Shown: in pieces, positions 37,695-47,545 of the stretch | Layout of the letters: each line of letters starts with the position of its first letter | Numbering within the stretch: position 1 is the stretch's first letter | DNA from: an uncultured Gammaproteobacteria bacterium | GTDB taxonomy: Bacteria > Patescibacteriota > Microgenomatia > CAZETR01 > Amesbacteraceae | Length of the DNA: 64,000 nucleotides | Reading direction: 5' to 3' | Assembly (NCBI GenBank): GCA_964518565.1 | Contig: CAZFGX010000001.1 | Coordinates: 588,470-652,469, forward strand | Notes under the pieces: model-generated | Told to the model about the DNA's origin: nothing | Database searches by the model: none | Seen by the model: only the letters and a program-made list of their open reading frames with translations | Position numbers and translations under genes: made by a program

Positions 37695-38489
37695 ATGAAG
37701 TTGCAAATAGTTTTCTTTGGCTCGTTTCAACACTATTCAGTCTTAGTCTTAGAACAGCTAGAAAAACACTTTGAGGTAATTGGTGTAGTCACTACTCCTC
37801 CTCGCCCTGCCGGCCGTCACCTCAAACTCACATCTACTCCAGTAGCAGATTTCGCAAACCTCCACAAACTCCCACTATTCGAACCGCCATCATTAAAAAA
37901 CATCGATCCGACTACACTTATACCTACTCGACCAGACCTTATTGTCGTCGCTGGCTACGGCAAACTTATCCCCAAAAATTGGCTAGACTTTCCTACCAAA
38001 ATGGCCATCAACATGCACCCATCCCCACTACCCAGATATGCCGGCCCCATGCCTGGCGAATGGCAAATTCTCAATGGTGAAACCCAATCCGCAATTTCAC
38101 TTATTCAAATGTCCGAACAATTTGATTCCGGCGGTATTCTCGTCCAAATCCCGTTTAATATTTCACCTACTGAAACACGCGAAACATTTTACGATCGAGC
38201 CTTTCACCTAGCCGCAGACATTCTCGTAGCTGAACTACCAAAAATAGCCTCAGGTCAGATCACTCCTCACAGCCAAAATCCAAATCCCACAGCAGCCTCT
38301 ACCTACGCCAAAAAACTCACCCGGGAAGATGGATTTGTCTCTTGGGAGGATCTAAAAAAACCAGAAATTTTAGATAAAAAACGGCGCGCCTTCTTTGGCT
38401 GGCCAGGACTGTGGTCTATCAATCCTTCTGGCAAAAGAGTTAAAATCGTCTCATTAGAACCCATAAAATTAATTGAAGAAGGCAAATAA
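37695..38489 (+). CDS. fmt: Methionyl-tRNA formyltransferase (C-terminally shortened)
   Basis: VVTTPPRPAGR, VVAGYGKLIP, INMHPSPLPRYAG, FDSG; near def. Confidence 0.9.
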   Translation: MKLQIVFFGSFQHYSVLVLEQLEKHFEVIGVVTTPPRPAGRHLKLTSTPVADFANLHKLPLFEPPSLKNIDPTTLIPTRPDLIVVAGYGKLIPKNWLDFPTKMAINMHPSPLPRYAGPMPGEWQILNGETQSAISLIQMSEQFDSGGILVQIPFNISPTETRETFYDRAFHLAADILVAELPKIASGQITPHSQNPNPTAASTYAKKLTREDGFVSWEDLKKPEILDKKRRAFFGWPGLWSINPSGKRVKIVSLEPIKLIEEGK

Positions 38490-39550
38490 TGTCCGAGATT
38501 AACACTTCACCTGAAGTAATAAAAAATCCCTATACAGGTATCAGATTTGAACCAGCCCAACATCGCTTAATCGGCAAAGATAACTTCAGCGAACCATATT
38601 TCAATCAGGAAGTTGCCAAAAGACTGGCACTCTATCAACCGCAAGTTTTAACTATCGAAGGCTTACCTAATACTTTAGGCCTCGGAATGGATGAAGAAAA
38701 AGATATTCCATTTCTCACGCGGGTCATACCAGGACCAATCGAAACGGTCTACGGCAAACATACAGATGTATACGTCATAGCTTCTGACAACTTTGAAACT
38801 GCTGCTGCGGCATTCACTACCAGTTTAAATGATGACGCATACAGTAAAGACGCAGGAGAAAGACTAAAAAAAGAAATGTACGCCACCCTACCCGAATTTG
38901 CCACCAAACCAGCAATTTACGCGAGTGTGCTTTTAGTTGGACTAGCTATCGATAAATTCTCTACCAAAACAGAAGAAAAAATGTCTAGAAGAAATTTTCT
39001 AAAAATAGCTGGCAAAACTGTCGCAGCTGCCGGATCAGCGGCATTTCTCGCCCAATTAAGCACCCCCTTTGCTGCCACAATGACCACAACGGAAGAAAGT
39101 AGAGATCATGTGCTCAGTGCGTTAGACACCATAGATCAACTTATCCAACCCACCAAACAAAAAATAATCAATGGCAGGACTGCAGAGCAAATAGCCCAAA
39201 CCCAAGACACTATCGACCATCTCGGTTTGCCCAAAAATACCGACGCAGCCGTCATGATGGGTTTTATGCACAGCTTTAATGCCCGCCAATTACTCAACGA
39301 CCCCCAAGAACGAGATTCTGCCATTCGCGAACTGTTTAAAATCCACAAACAATCTACAATTGAAACCTGCAAACAGCTCAAACTCTCTGCTGAAGAAACC
39401 GGACTTGCCGTAAATGTTTATCTTCCCGAATTATTCAAACGTATCAATCTATTAAAAGTTTCCACCCAAAAACCCCACAAACTTACAAACATGGTTACAT
39501 TCTATAGCCCTCAAATATCTTCAGCGATTCAAACAGTTCAAGAAGTATAA
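38489..39550 (+). CDS. Hypothetical membrane protein with internal twin-arginine-like motif
   Basis: TM followed by MSRRNFLKIAG and a hydrophobic stretch. Confidence 0.65.
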   Translation: MSEINTSPEVIKNPYTGIRFEPAQHRLIGKDNFSEPYFNQEVAKRLALYQPQVLTIEGLPNTLGLGMDEEKDIPFLTRVIPGPIETVYGKHTDVYVIASDNFETAAAAFTTSLNDDAYSKDAGERLKKEMYATLPEFATKPAIYASVLLVGLAIDKFSTKTEEKMSRRNFLKIAGKTVAAAGSAAFLAQLSTPFAATMTTTEESRDHVLSALDTIDQLIQPTKQKIINGRTAEQIAQTQDTIDHLGLPKNTDAAVMMGFMHSFNARQLLNDPQERDSAIRELFKIHKQSTIETCKQLKLSAEETGLAVNVYLPELFKRINLLKVSTQKPHKLTNMVTFYSPQISSAIQTVQEV

Positions 39551-39555
39551 GTTTC

Positions 39556-39783
39556 TTACGCCGTTGCAACTTTTGCCGTCATCGTAGGCTTGTTTGCTCC
39601 CTTGAGTTTACGCAAACATTTGGTGCACAATTTTAGTCCCATCCAGGCATGCAAATTTGGCCGAAACACCTTTCGGGTGTGATGAGCACGTTTTTTCCAA
39701 CGATTACCAGCCACACCACGATGGTGAGTCCCGGTTTCACCGTACTGAACGCCTTTTTCACAATAGTCGCACATATATGCCAT
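39556..39783 (-). CDS. rpmB: 50S ribosomal protein L28
   Basis: CDYCEK...TRKVFRPNLH...LCTKCLR. Confidence 0.93.
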   Translation of the reverse strand: MAYMCDYCEKGVQYGETGTHHRGVAGNRWKKRAHHTRKVFRPNLHAWMGLKLCTKCLRKLKGANKPTMTAKVATA

Positions 39784-39821
39784 AGTGGGAGAATTTTAGC
39801 ATGCGATGCTAAAATAATCTA

Positions 39822-40412
39822 ATGTTAGGTTTACTCTTTAGCGATCCCTACAGCTTTATCCTGACCCTAGGTAGTCTAATCCTGGCTATCGGCCTCCACG
39901 AAGCCGCCCATTGCTACATGGCCGACCGCCTAGGCGATCCCACCCCTAGATCTATGGGCCGCCTGACACTAAATCCCATTGCCCACCTCGATCCACTCGG
40001 TACTCTGTCCATTGTTCTAACTGGCATGTTTGGCTGGGGCAAATCTGCTCCGTTTGACCCTTACAACCTCCGTAACCCAAATCGAGATATTCGCCTCATC
40101 GCCTTAGCTGGACCAGCCACCAACCTCTTATTGGCCATCATAGGTGCAATCATATTTCACCTGATTCCCACACCTACACCAGTCGCCAATATCATAGTGA
40201 TGTTCATGGCACTAAATATAAATTTGGCTCTATTCAATTTATTACCCATCCCTCCGCTCGATGGCTCAAAAATCTTTTTCCCAAAAACCGCCACCCAGCC
40301 TCGAAATTATCAAACTACATATATACTCCTCGTTATTCTCATCATGACTGGGATCGTCGGCCAGATTATCAGCCCAATTTCCCAAACCATACTTCATCTC
40401 TTACTCGGCTAA
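39822..40412 (+). CDS. Site-2 protease family (M50) protein
   Basis: HEAAH, GRLTLNPIAHLDP, AGPATN, NLLPIPPLDG. Confidence 0.93.
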   Translation: MLGLLFSDPYSFILTLGSLILAIGLHEAAHCYMADRLGDPTPRSMGRLTLNPIAHLDPLGTLSIVLTGMFGWGKSAPFDPYNLRNPNRDIRLIALAGPATNLLLAIIGAIIFHLIPTPTPVANIIVMFMALNINLALFNLLPIPPLDGSKIFFPKTATQPRNYQTTYILLVILIMTGIVGQIISPISQTILHLLLG

Positions 40413-40413
40413 T

Positions 40414-40596
40414 ATGACTACCAAAGAAGCATATGTTCATGTAAAACCCCAACAGAGTGAAGACATGCTTACGCAAAAGCAAATCTTGCAAAACATGCTA
40501 GAGATCATCAACAACCCTCAATCTCCCAAATGGGCCGTCGATGCCGCCTTCGAACGCATCAGATCCATTAGATCTAAACCTGGCTCTCGTGCTTGA
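40414..40596 (+). CDS. Small hypothetical protein
   Basis: 60-aa ORF starting 1 nt after the previous stop. Confidence 0.45.
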   Translation: MTTKEAYVHVKPQQSEDMLTQKQILQNMLEIINNPQSPKWAVDAAFERIRSIRSKPGSRA

Positions 40597-40615
40597 CGAA
40601 TTGGTATAATAGAGT

Positions 40616-40796
40616 TGTCCTACCGTAAAGGATAGTGGAGAAATTTTCCTTAACTATTTTTTCCTATAGGGCTTGCACAATTTTGTTGTAGTCCTCGTAC
40701 TACAACAAACAATTTCGTCTTAGTTTCTTTGACGAAAAAGCTCGCCCACCTTTTCGAAGGCTTAGGGAAAAACCTTCACGCCTCAAACGGCGGGAC
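40616..40796 (+). ncRNA. ssrS: Probable 6S RNA
   Basis: TATAAT at 40605-40610; ~180-nt rod (GTCCTACCGT/ACGGCGGGAC, GTGGAG/CTTCAC, TTTTCCTTAA/TTAGGGAAAA) with central bubble; own terminator. Confidence 0.7.
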
Positions 40797-40799
40797 ACC

Positions 40800-40828
40800 A
40801 AAAATCCCCACGTTAGTGGGGATTTTTT
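40800..40828 (+). terminator. Intrinsic terminator after the 6S-like RNA
   Basis: AAAATCCCCAC/GTGGGGATTTT stem plus T-run. Confidence 0.85.
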
Positions 40829-40844
40829 GTTAAAATAAGTCAGT

Positions 40845-40919
40845 GCCATCTTAGCTCAGCGGCAGAGCAGCTGTTTTGTAAACAGCAGGTCCTCGGTTCG
40901 AATCCGAGAGATGGCTCCA
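40845..40919 (+). tRNA. tRNA-Thr(TGT)
   Basis: GCCATCT/AGATGGC acceptor, GCTGT-TTTGTAA-ACAGC anticodon arm, GTTCGAATC, encoded CCA. Confidence 0.96.
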
Positions 40920-40926
40920 AAAAAAA

Positions 40927-42972
40927 CTAGTAGCTCAAAACAATTCTCGGCCGATTTGTCACCACCGCTTCTGAAGAAGAAATGTTCATACCATCAGCCC
41001 GAGGCGAATCTATAGCCAAAGTAAATACAGTACCAATATTCGACTTCACAAATGAAGTAATATCCAATTGTATCCATTGATTCGCCACTCCTCCACCAGA
41101 ATTTGTCGCCAAAATCGTACCCAAATCTGGCCTATTGGCAAATGTCAGTGTTTCTTCAGTCCAAGATGTGTTCGCGACTTGACGAACACGCTGTGGACTA
41201 ACTGAAGGCGCATCTTTACTCGCTGTAATCTTAAAACGTAATTTTGCCGAAGAAATATTCTTACCCAAATAGCCTCGAGTATCAAACTTCATATATGTAA
41301 TTTTTGTCGGATCTCCATCTATAAATAATTCTGTAACGTTTGCATGGGTGATATTTGGATACACTGCGGTGACATAAGAATCTTCTACTGGCACAACCTC
41401 AGCGCCTTGAGTTGACGGAACTGGAGTAGTAATAACCGTAGGTACCACCGTCGATGTTGGCATCACAGAAGGTTGAATAGTAGCCGTAACAACCGGGAGT
41501 GTACAATTTGATCCATTATTTACTGGAACACAATTGAGATTGTTTGCAAATACGAGACTATCCAATTTCAGCCCATTTTCTTTTCCAACCACTCGAATAC
41601 TGTGAGTTCCAGCACTCAAGGTTTGCAAAATTCGCGAGCCTGTCTGGCCATTCATATAATCCACCCACACCCATGAATTTGTTGCCATAGTTGCAAGATC
41701 CCCCACCAAAATCGGACAACCCGAATCTATTTGTAAATAATAGGCATTGGATGTAGAAGATCCTGCCATCATTCGGCTCCAAACCACATACTGGCCAGTA
41801 GAAGCAATAGATACACTCCCTGTTGCGACTCCAAAGGTGGTGGGAATGGCAGCACAAGTAGATAGAGTTGGCGTAGGCGTATTCGGCTGAGGAGTATTGG
41901 TGGGTTGACCAGGAATAGGAGTAGCTGTAGGTATAGGTGTAGGAGTATTTGTAGGCCGAATAGTATTAGTTGGTACAATAGTTGGAGTATTGGTCGCTAC
42001 AGGTACAGGAGTAATGTTTGGATCATTCGTAATAGTAAACGAGTCAACAAGTCCTCCTCCGCCCACATTTATATAGCTATAAGCTATTTGTGAAGGTGAA
42101 ACAATAAATTTTCCCCATCCATAATTTGAACTCACATTTGTGGATTTTTCAAAATATGGATATTCAGAATCTGTAGTATTCAAACCACGAAACCCTTGTC
42201 CACCAGTACCCAGTACATCAATTACCAACCCTTGACCTTGTATAAAATTTCCTCCTGCGGCACTCACGCAACTAGCCACATATGTCCCTGCAGTCGCACA
42301 AGATAACTGCTTTGATCTTTCATACCCATGCTCATGACCTTGTAGCACTAGATCTACTTTTTTATTGAACAACAATGTCATAAATGGTGTCCCTACTTCA
42401 TTCCCCTTTTCCATTACCGAAATATAATTCTTATGCATTCCAACCACGACCCACTTAATACCACGAGCCCTCGCATCATCAATAGCATTTGAAGTAAATG
42501 TGTAACCAGTACCACCAACAGCATAGCTAATTGCACCAGATCCATACGATCCGCCTACTCCCGGTCTTACCATTACAAATCTAGCAATTGGGTTATTAAC
42601 CGGGTAATCAAAATAATAATTATGTCCATACGTACCAACAATATTCACACCAGCCCTCGGACAATTAGCTATATATGTCTCAATATTTCCCGAGCTACTT
42701 TCACCAGAATCATGATTTCCTGTCACTAGTAATAAATTTGTGAATGTCCCCCATTTGCTACACCAGTTTTGTTCAGCAGTGGTATAAGCCAAATCACCCA
42801 AGGCCAAAAATAAATTTGGATTTTGCTGTCTGATACTATTTGTCACATTTCCAAAATTTGATCCATTTGCAAAGTCCCCCGCAGCCCCAAAACTAAAACT
42901 AGTCGATTGAGCAAATACCTTGTCACCAAAAAACAAGCTCATAAAAAACAGAAGTGTAAAGTATTTTTTCAT
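40927..42972 (-). CDS. Secreted metallophosphoesterase with PT linkers, CBM-like and DNRLRE/CBM96-like domains
   Basis: GD, GDLAY, GNHD, GHEHGYER; EDSYV, WTEETLTFANRP, NRPRIVL. Confidence 0.85.
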   Translation of the reverse strand: MKKYFTLLFFMSLFFGDKVFAQSTSFSFGAAGDFANGSNFGNVTNSIRQQNPNLFLALGDLAYTTAEQNWCSKWGTFTNLLLVTGNHDSGESSSGNIETYIANCPRAGVNIVGTYGHNYYFDYPVNNPIARFVMVRPGVGGSYGSGAISYAVGGTGYTFTSNAIDDARARGIKWVVVGMHKNYISVMEKGNEVGTPFMTLLFNKKVDLVLQGHEHGYERSKQLSCATAGTYVASCVSAAGGNFIQGQGLVIDVLGTGGQGFRGLNTTDSEYPYFEKSTNVSSNYGWGKFIVSPSQIAYSYINVGGGGLVDSFTITNDPNITPVPVATNTPTIVPTNTIRPTNTPTPIPTATPIPGQPTNTPQPNTPTPTLSTCAAIPTTFGVATGSVSIASTGQYVVWSRMMAGSSTSNAYYLQIDSGCPILVGDLATMATNSWVWVDYMNGQTGSRILQTLSAGTHSIRVVGKENGLKLDSLVFANNLNCVPVNNGSNCTLPVVTATIQPSVMPTSTVVPTVITTPVPSTQGAEVVPVEDSYVTAVYPNITHANVTELFIDGDPTKITYMKFDTRGYLGKNISSAKLRFKITASKDAPSVSPQRVRQVANTSWTEETLTFANRPDLGTILATNSGGGVANQWIQLDITSFVKSNIGTVFTLAIDSPRADGMNISSSEAVVTNRPRIVLSY

Positions 42973-42974
42973 AT

Positions 42975-43475
42975 TTATTTAGTTTGCTGTAAATCAATCA
43001 CAACTTCAACTGTATCTTCCTCTACTTCTATCCCTACATACCCGCTCAACATGCCCTTAGAGATATGAATAATTTGTTCAGATGTAGCAGTCTTGTCATT
43101 TGGAGCTTCGACTCTCCACCCCAGCTTTGTAAGCTCCTCTTCATACCATGCTTCCAATTGCATTACAGTTCTTTTTGTTGTAACCCACTTAGCATAATAA
43201 TCTCCACTCGTATATGCCGGCATTATTCGTTTGCGTGATTCGCGCAGCTCCAAAGTTTCTGCCACTGGAACCATTGGAAACCCTTCGACTATTTGTGTTT
43301 CACTCTCCACTGTGTTTTGTTCATCATTCACAGGCACCTCTTGTGTCATAAATTTACTTTTTGATGAATTATCAGATACTGATTGTTTTACCCCCATATT
43401 CAACTTCCAGACCAAAACAGACACCAAAATTACTGCAAAAGCTGTCCCAACTATAGTCAAAATTTTGTGTTTCAT
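42975..43475 (-). CDS. Membrane-anchored hypothetical protein
   Basis: N-terminal TM; GFPMVP, WYEEELTKLGW. Confidence 0.7.
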   Translation of the reverse strand: MKHKILTIVGTAFAVILVSVLVWKLNMGVKQSVSDNSSKSKFMTQEVPVNDEQNTVESETQIVEGFPMVPVAETLELRESRKRIMPAYTSGDYYAKWVTTKRTVMQLEAWYEEELTKLGWRVEAPNDKTATSEQIIHISKGMLSGYVGIEVEEDTVEVVIDLQQTK

Positions 43476-44743
43476 TGTTCTAAAGGTGGCAAGGTATTTC
43501 GTAATATATCAATATACAAATTAGAGTTTTGTACGCCGTATGCAGCAGGCGCCGAAGTATCAAGTTCATCTTTACCAGTTGCTGAATTGAATTTGACTTT
43601 TTGTGCCGGCTCTACACCAGATCCTTCACCCCATTCATTCCACGTTTCTACGAGCCTCCATGTCGCAGACGAAGCATTCATTTGATTCACAGCTGAGGTA
43701 AATGCCGCACTATCACGTGCCAACCGCTCCGCAGAACCAGGATTATCCAACCAAAATCCTGGAGACACAGAAAAAGAATACTTTCCTTGATTATCAGTTC
43801 TGACCGCAGGAGCATATTGATGCCAAGAATCAGGCTGATCTGCATCAGATATATATCCAGAATGAACTTTTAAGACTGTATAAAAAGCATTTCCAACCTG
43901 AGCGTTCGCCTGTGCCCATCGCGTACTAGTCGCAGCTGATTCCTGCCCCCCATACACGAAAATCACTGGTTTTCCATTCACTCGCAGATAATACGGACTG
44001 GAAGCATAATCTGATTTTATGTGATTCAAATCCGCCACCAACGTAGATACGGCTGGATCAGCAAATCCTTCATCTTCATAGTACACTGCCCAACGTAAAT
44101 TTGGATACGGATTGTCTGATCTAGCCATAAAATCTTTCAAAATATGTGACAAGGCCACATCTTCTTTAGTTCCTGGCCCCCACCAAGACGCAATTGCTGC
44201 TTCTAGTTTTGCTTCTTTCATTTTTGCCACCTGCCATTTGAAATTTGTGTAGTCATTGGCCGAATACAGCTCCCCCGCTGGATCAAATGCCGCAGTATTC
44301 GAATCCGGTAAATAATGCGAAAACCAGGTGTTTGGAGGCGAACCTGCATCCACATGTGGATCACTCCAATAACTATATGCCCCATCAGTTTTTGGATTTT
44401 TGTACCACATATAATAAAAGGTTGCATAATATGGAGCCATCGGTTGGAAAGAAGTATTTGTAGGTGATAGCGTCGCGGAAGGCACAGTTGTATTAGTAGC
44501 GATTGAACCAAACTGGATATATTTTCCGTCAGACGCTGAAGCATCAGCTACGATTTGAGCTCCTGCCACATTTGCCGTTTCTGGCTCAAATTGATTCTGT
44601 GCGGCCGCTGCGTAAACACTCCTGTTTGTCAAAATCGTCACAATCGCAGATTGATTAAAGCTAATAAATAAAAAAGCACCCAAAAATGCTACATACAGAG
44701 CAAGCCTACCTGTTCCTGCATAAAAAATTTTATCCCTGTTCAC
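43472..44743 (-). CDS. Glycoside hydrolase family 99-like (endo-alpha-mannosidase-like)
   Basis: FYYMWY, SWWG, YLRVNGKPVIFVY, SVSPGF, TWNEWGEG. Confidence 0.8.
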   Translation of the reverse strand: MNRDKIFYAGTGRLALYVAFLGAFLFISFNQSAIVTILTNRSVYAAAAQNQFEPETANVAGAQIVADASASDGKYIQFGSIATNTTVPSATLSPTNTSFQPMAPYYATFYYMWYKNPKTDGAYSYWSDPHVDAGSPPNTWFSHYLPDSNTAAFDPAGELYSANDYTNFKWQVAKMKEAKLEAAIASWWGPGTKEDVALSHILKDFMARSDNPYPNLRWAVYYEDEGFADPAVSTLVADLNHIKSDYASSPYYLRVNGKPVIFVYGGQESAATSTRWAQANAQVGNAFYTVLKVHSGYISDADQPDSWHQYAPAVRTDNQGKYSFSVSPGFWLDNPGSAERLARDSAAFTSAVNQMNASSATWRLVETWNEWGEGSGVEPAQKVKFNSATGKDELDTSAPAAYGVQNSNLYIDILRNTLPPLEQ

Positions 44744-44794
44744 CTATCTATCCTGCTGCCAAAAATTAGCGCTGTCAATATGCTACGATAAATT

Positions 44795-46390
44795 ATGGCC
44801 AGATTACCGGTAGTTGGGAGTGACGATGGAAATTGGGGTTCGATATTAAACACATTTTTAGGAGTCGCTCACAACTCAGACGGCACACTCACTAGCAATG
44901 GAACAGTATTCGTAGTCGCTTCTGACGGACCTACTACGTTTCAAAATGTCGCTACATACAACTGTGACGGCACTGCCGACGACGTCCAAATCCAGGCAGC
45001 CATAGACAGTCTACCTTCTACTGGAGGCAGCATCATGCTTAGTCGTGGCACATTCAACATAGCCGCTCGAATAGACCTAGGCACAAAAACCAATATCGAT
45101 ATTTGCGGCGAAGGCTGGAGTACGGTTATCAAACTCACTGCCAATACTGATACTCAACTTATTGGTTCATCAGGAGCATGCGCTCGAATCACTATTAGAA
45201 ATATTGCCTTTGACGGTAATCGTTCAAACCAATCTACCGGCACCACTCGTCAAGCTATTCGTTTCACTTCCAGTAGCGCCCAAGACATCAAACTACAAAA
45301 TCTATATATCCATGACACATACAATCACGGCATCAGTATTTCTTGTCTCAAAGTTCATATCACCAACTGCACAATCGCTTCTTGTGGACTAGGTGTTTCA
45401 CCTGGCGACGGAGGCATAATTCTCAATTCCCCTTCAGACAGTTGCATAGTGTCAGGTTGTGAAATAAGAAGTTGTGGTGGAGACGGTATCTCAAATCAGG
45501 GCACTCGTCACAATATCGTCAACAACAAATCTCACGACAACCAGGACACTGGCATAAATCTGGCTGGTGGTGGTCATATTGTCATCGGCAACGAAGTCTA
45601 CCTGAATTACAACTCTGGCATAAACACCGGTTCAGGAGACAATTTGGTCATTTGTTACAACATCTGCTATGCGAATGGTCGCAACACTGGCGCCAATCCT
45701 TCAAACGCCGGCATCCGTGTCCGGGACAGCACTAGCGTTGTCGACACTTCTACAGATGTGATTGTCATGGGCAATCGCTGTTATGACGACACATCTACCT
45801 ACGCACTAGGCGGTTCCAGCGGCCAACTCTATGGCATCGAGATCATGCATGGTGCAGTCGGTGGCGCCAGCTCACCTGACTATCTAGTCATCACTGGCAA
45901 CGATGTCCGCAGCAATCTAACTACAAATATTTATCGCAACAATGTCGGCTACAATGTCTTGATCTCCAACAATTTAGGCGACGACTCCAGCCCCAGACTG
46001 GTCACTGAAACATTTTCCATGATTACCCCTGGTGCCACAGCTATCACCTGGACATCCATGCCCTCCTCTCAAACCGAGTTCAATGGTGCTACGAGAAATA
46101 GAATCAAAGTAGATCTGACTGGTGCAAACCAAATTCGACTCGTGGCCAAAATCATTGTTGTCGGCGCTACTGGCTCCAAACTACGTCTCCAATACTCCAC
46201 CAACGAAAGTTCCTGGACAGATGTCAGCACTTCAGGCGACGTGGCCTGCGATGCTGTAGCTACCACCGCCGGCTCCTGGGTCTCTATTCCCGACGCTGCC
46301 AAAACCGATATCTACCTACGCATCTCAGGACTATCTGGCGACGGCGCCACCTCTCCCCAATTTGGTCTAGCTACAGTTCAAGTCAGATAA
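44795..46390 (+). CDS. Right-handed beta-helix (pectin-lyase-like) protein
   Basis: DDVQIQAAID..GG.I.L..GTF, GEG, many N-x-GI repeats; N-terminal RLP..G.D.GNWG.ILN.FL..AHN.DG module. Confidence 0.85.
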   Translation: MARLPVVGSDDGNWGSILNTFLGVAHNSDGTLTSNGTVFVVASDGPTTFQNVATYNCDGTADDVQIQAAIDSLPSTGGSIMLSRGTFNIAARIDLGTKTNIDICGEGWSTVIKLTANTDTQLIGSSGACARITIRNIAFDGNRSNQSTGTTRQAIRFTSSSAQDIKLQNLYIHDTYNHGISISCLKVHITNCTIASCGLGVSPGDGGIILNSPSDSCIVSGCEIRSCGGDGISNQGTRHNIVNNKSHDNQDTGINLAGGGHIVIGNEVYLNYNSGINTGSGDNLVICYNICYANGRNTGANPSNAGIRVRDSTSVVDTSTDVIVMGNRCYDDTSTYALGGSSGQLYGIEIMHGAVGGASSPDYLVITGNDVRSNLTTNIYRNNVGYNVLISNNLGDDSSPRLVTETFSMITPGATAITWTSMPSSQTEFNGATRNRIKVDLTGANQIRLVAKIIVVGATGSKLRLQYSTNESSWTDVSTSGDVACDAVATTAGSWVSIPDAAKTDIYLRISGLSGDGATSPQFGLATVQVR

Positions 46391-46409
46391 TTGTATAATC
46401 ACTAGTATT

Positions 46410-46491
46410 GCTGGGATACCGAAGCGGTCAAACGGGCCTGACTGTAAATCAGGTGGCTACGCCTTCGAAGGTTCGAGTCCTTCTCCCAGCA
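46410..46491 (+). tRNA. tRNA-Tyr(GTA)
   Basis: GCTGGGA/TCCCAGC acceptor, CCTGA-CTGTAAA-TCAGG, long variable arm, GTTCGAGTC. Confidence 0.95.
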
Positions 46492-46588
46492 CAAATCCTT
46501 CAGTCTCAAATCTATATGCTATAATCACTATAGGATATTTAAACACTGCGTTTAAATTCAGTCTAGTACTTTAATAGTTGGAGGTATT

Positions 46589-47077
46589 ATGTCAGCTACA
46601 AATCGTGTAGGTATTCCATTGCAAGAATGGGTAAATAACAATAATCCTTCAGAGGATCTGTATGCAAAAGGAGGCTTCTGGCGTCAAATCTATTTTGTCA
46701 GAGACGAACTCCCTTCTGCCCTTTCCAAAAATTACGATGAATACGTTGCAATCAAAGAAGAAACTCTTGTGATCTCTCACCACTGGTCAAAATCTGTACG
46801 CTTACCAGTGTATCGCCTAACGCTAAAAGATGGCACTACTCTGGTGATGCGCTGCAATTTTTCCGATTGGAAAGTTTCAGTAAATTCTCAAAGAGAAATT
46901 CGCATCAACTTTCTGAATCTATTCGACTCCACACCAGTAGTCCATCATGTCTACTGTGAAGGATTTCCCAAAGAATTAGTATTTGGCTCCTACTTACATA
47001 GCGGGAGGCAGTTCACATTCGAGATAACCACAAATTACAAACTGTTCACCTTTTGCTGGTTACTCACCCACAGTTAA
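46589..47077 (+). CDS. Hypothetical protein
   Basis: GGAGG SD; HWSKSVRLPVY, YCEGFP. Confidence 0.75.
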   Translation: MSATNRVGIPLQEWVNNNNPSEDLYAKGGFWRQIYFVRDELPSALSKNYDEYVAIKEETLVISHHWSKSVRLPVYRLTLKDGTTLVMRCNFSDWKVSVNSQREIRINFLNLFDSTPVVHHVYCEGFPKELVFGSYLHSGRQFTFEITTNYKLFTFCWLLTHS

Positions 47078-47081
47078 ACCT

Positions 47082-47525
47082 ATGAAAACAAAGAAACTTA
47101 TTCCGTTCGCTCTAGATCGCCTCAAACCAGTTCCGAAATTCTATGTCCCAAAGCCAGGTACAAAATTTGCTGATCACAAATTACGCCCAGACATAATTCT
47201 TGCCGAAACAGCCGCTCATCCACAAACAGGTTGGGTATATGTCGGTATTGTGTCAGAACACACACCGTATGGCCAAGGAATCTGCATCGCGATCAAATTT
47301 GAAGATCTTCGCGAAGCAAGCGATGGAGATATACTAAAAGCCCTACTTATGCCCCACCCTCACGACGATTTTTATGCCGGCAAATTCATGCCACCGAATG
47401 TGGGAAATGCAATCGAAGCAAAGAAATTTGGTCAGATAATAACCGATTGGAGATTGACCATTTCAAAGCAAATCAATCAAATTGTAGTCTCACACGGCTG
47501 GCAAGCAAAAAAAGAGAAGTCCTAG
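47082..47525 (+). CDS. Hypothetical protein
   Basis: 147-aa ORF within the operon. Confidence 0.65.
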   Translation: MKTKKLIPFALDRLKPVPKFYVPKPGTKFADHKLRPDIILAETAAHPQTGWVYVGIVSEHTPYGQGICIAIKFEDLREASDGDILKALLMPHPHDDFYAGKFMPPNVGNAIEAKKFGQIITDWRLTISKQINQIVVSHGWQAKKEKS

Positions 47526-47545
47526 GAATTCAAGGAGTTGCAGTA

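Noticed and set aside
41860-42020. Short tandem repeats suggesting an array
   Set aside because: They encode the PTNTP linker of the phosphoesterase. No CRISPR repeat-spacer periodicity or cas gene was seen in the window.
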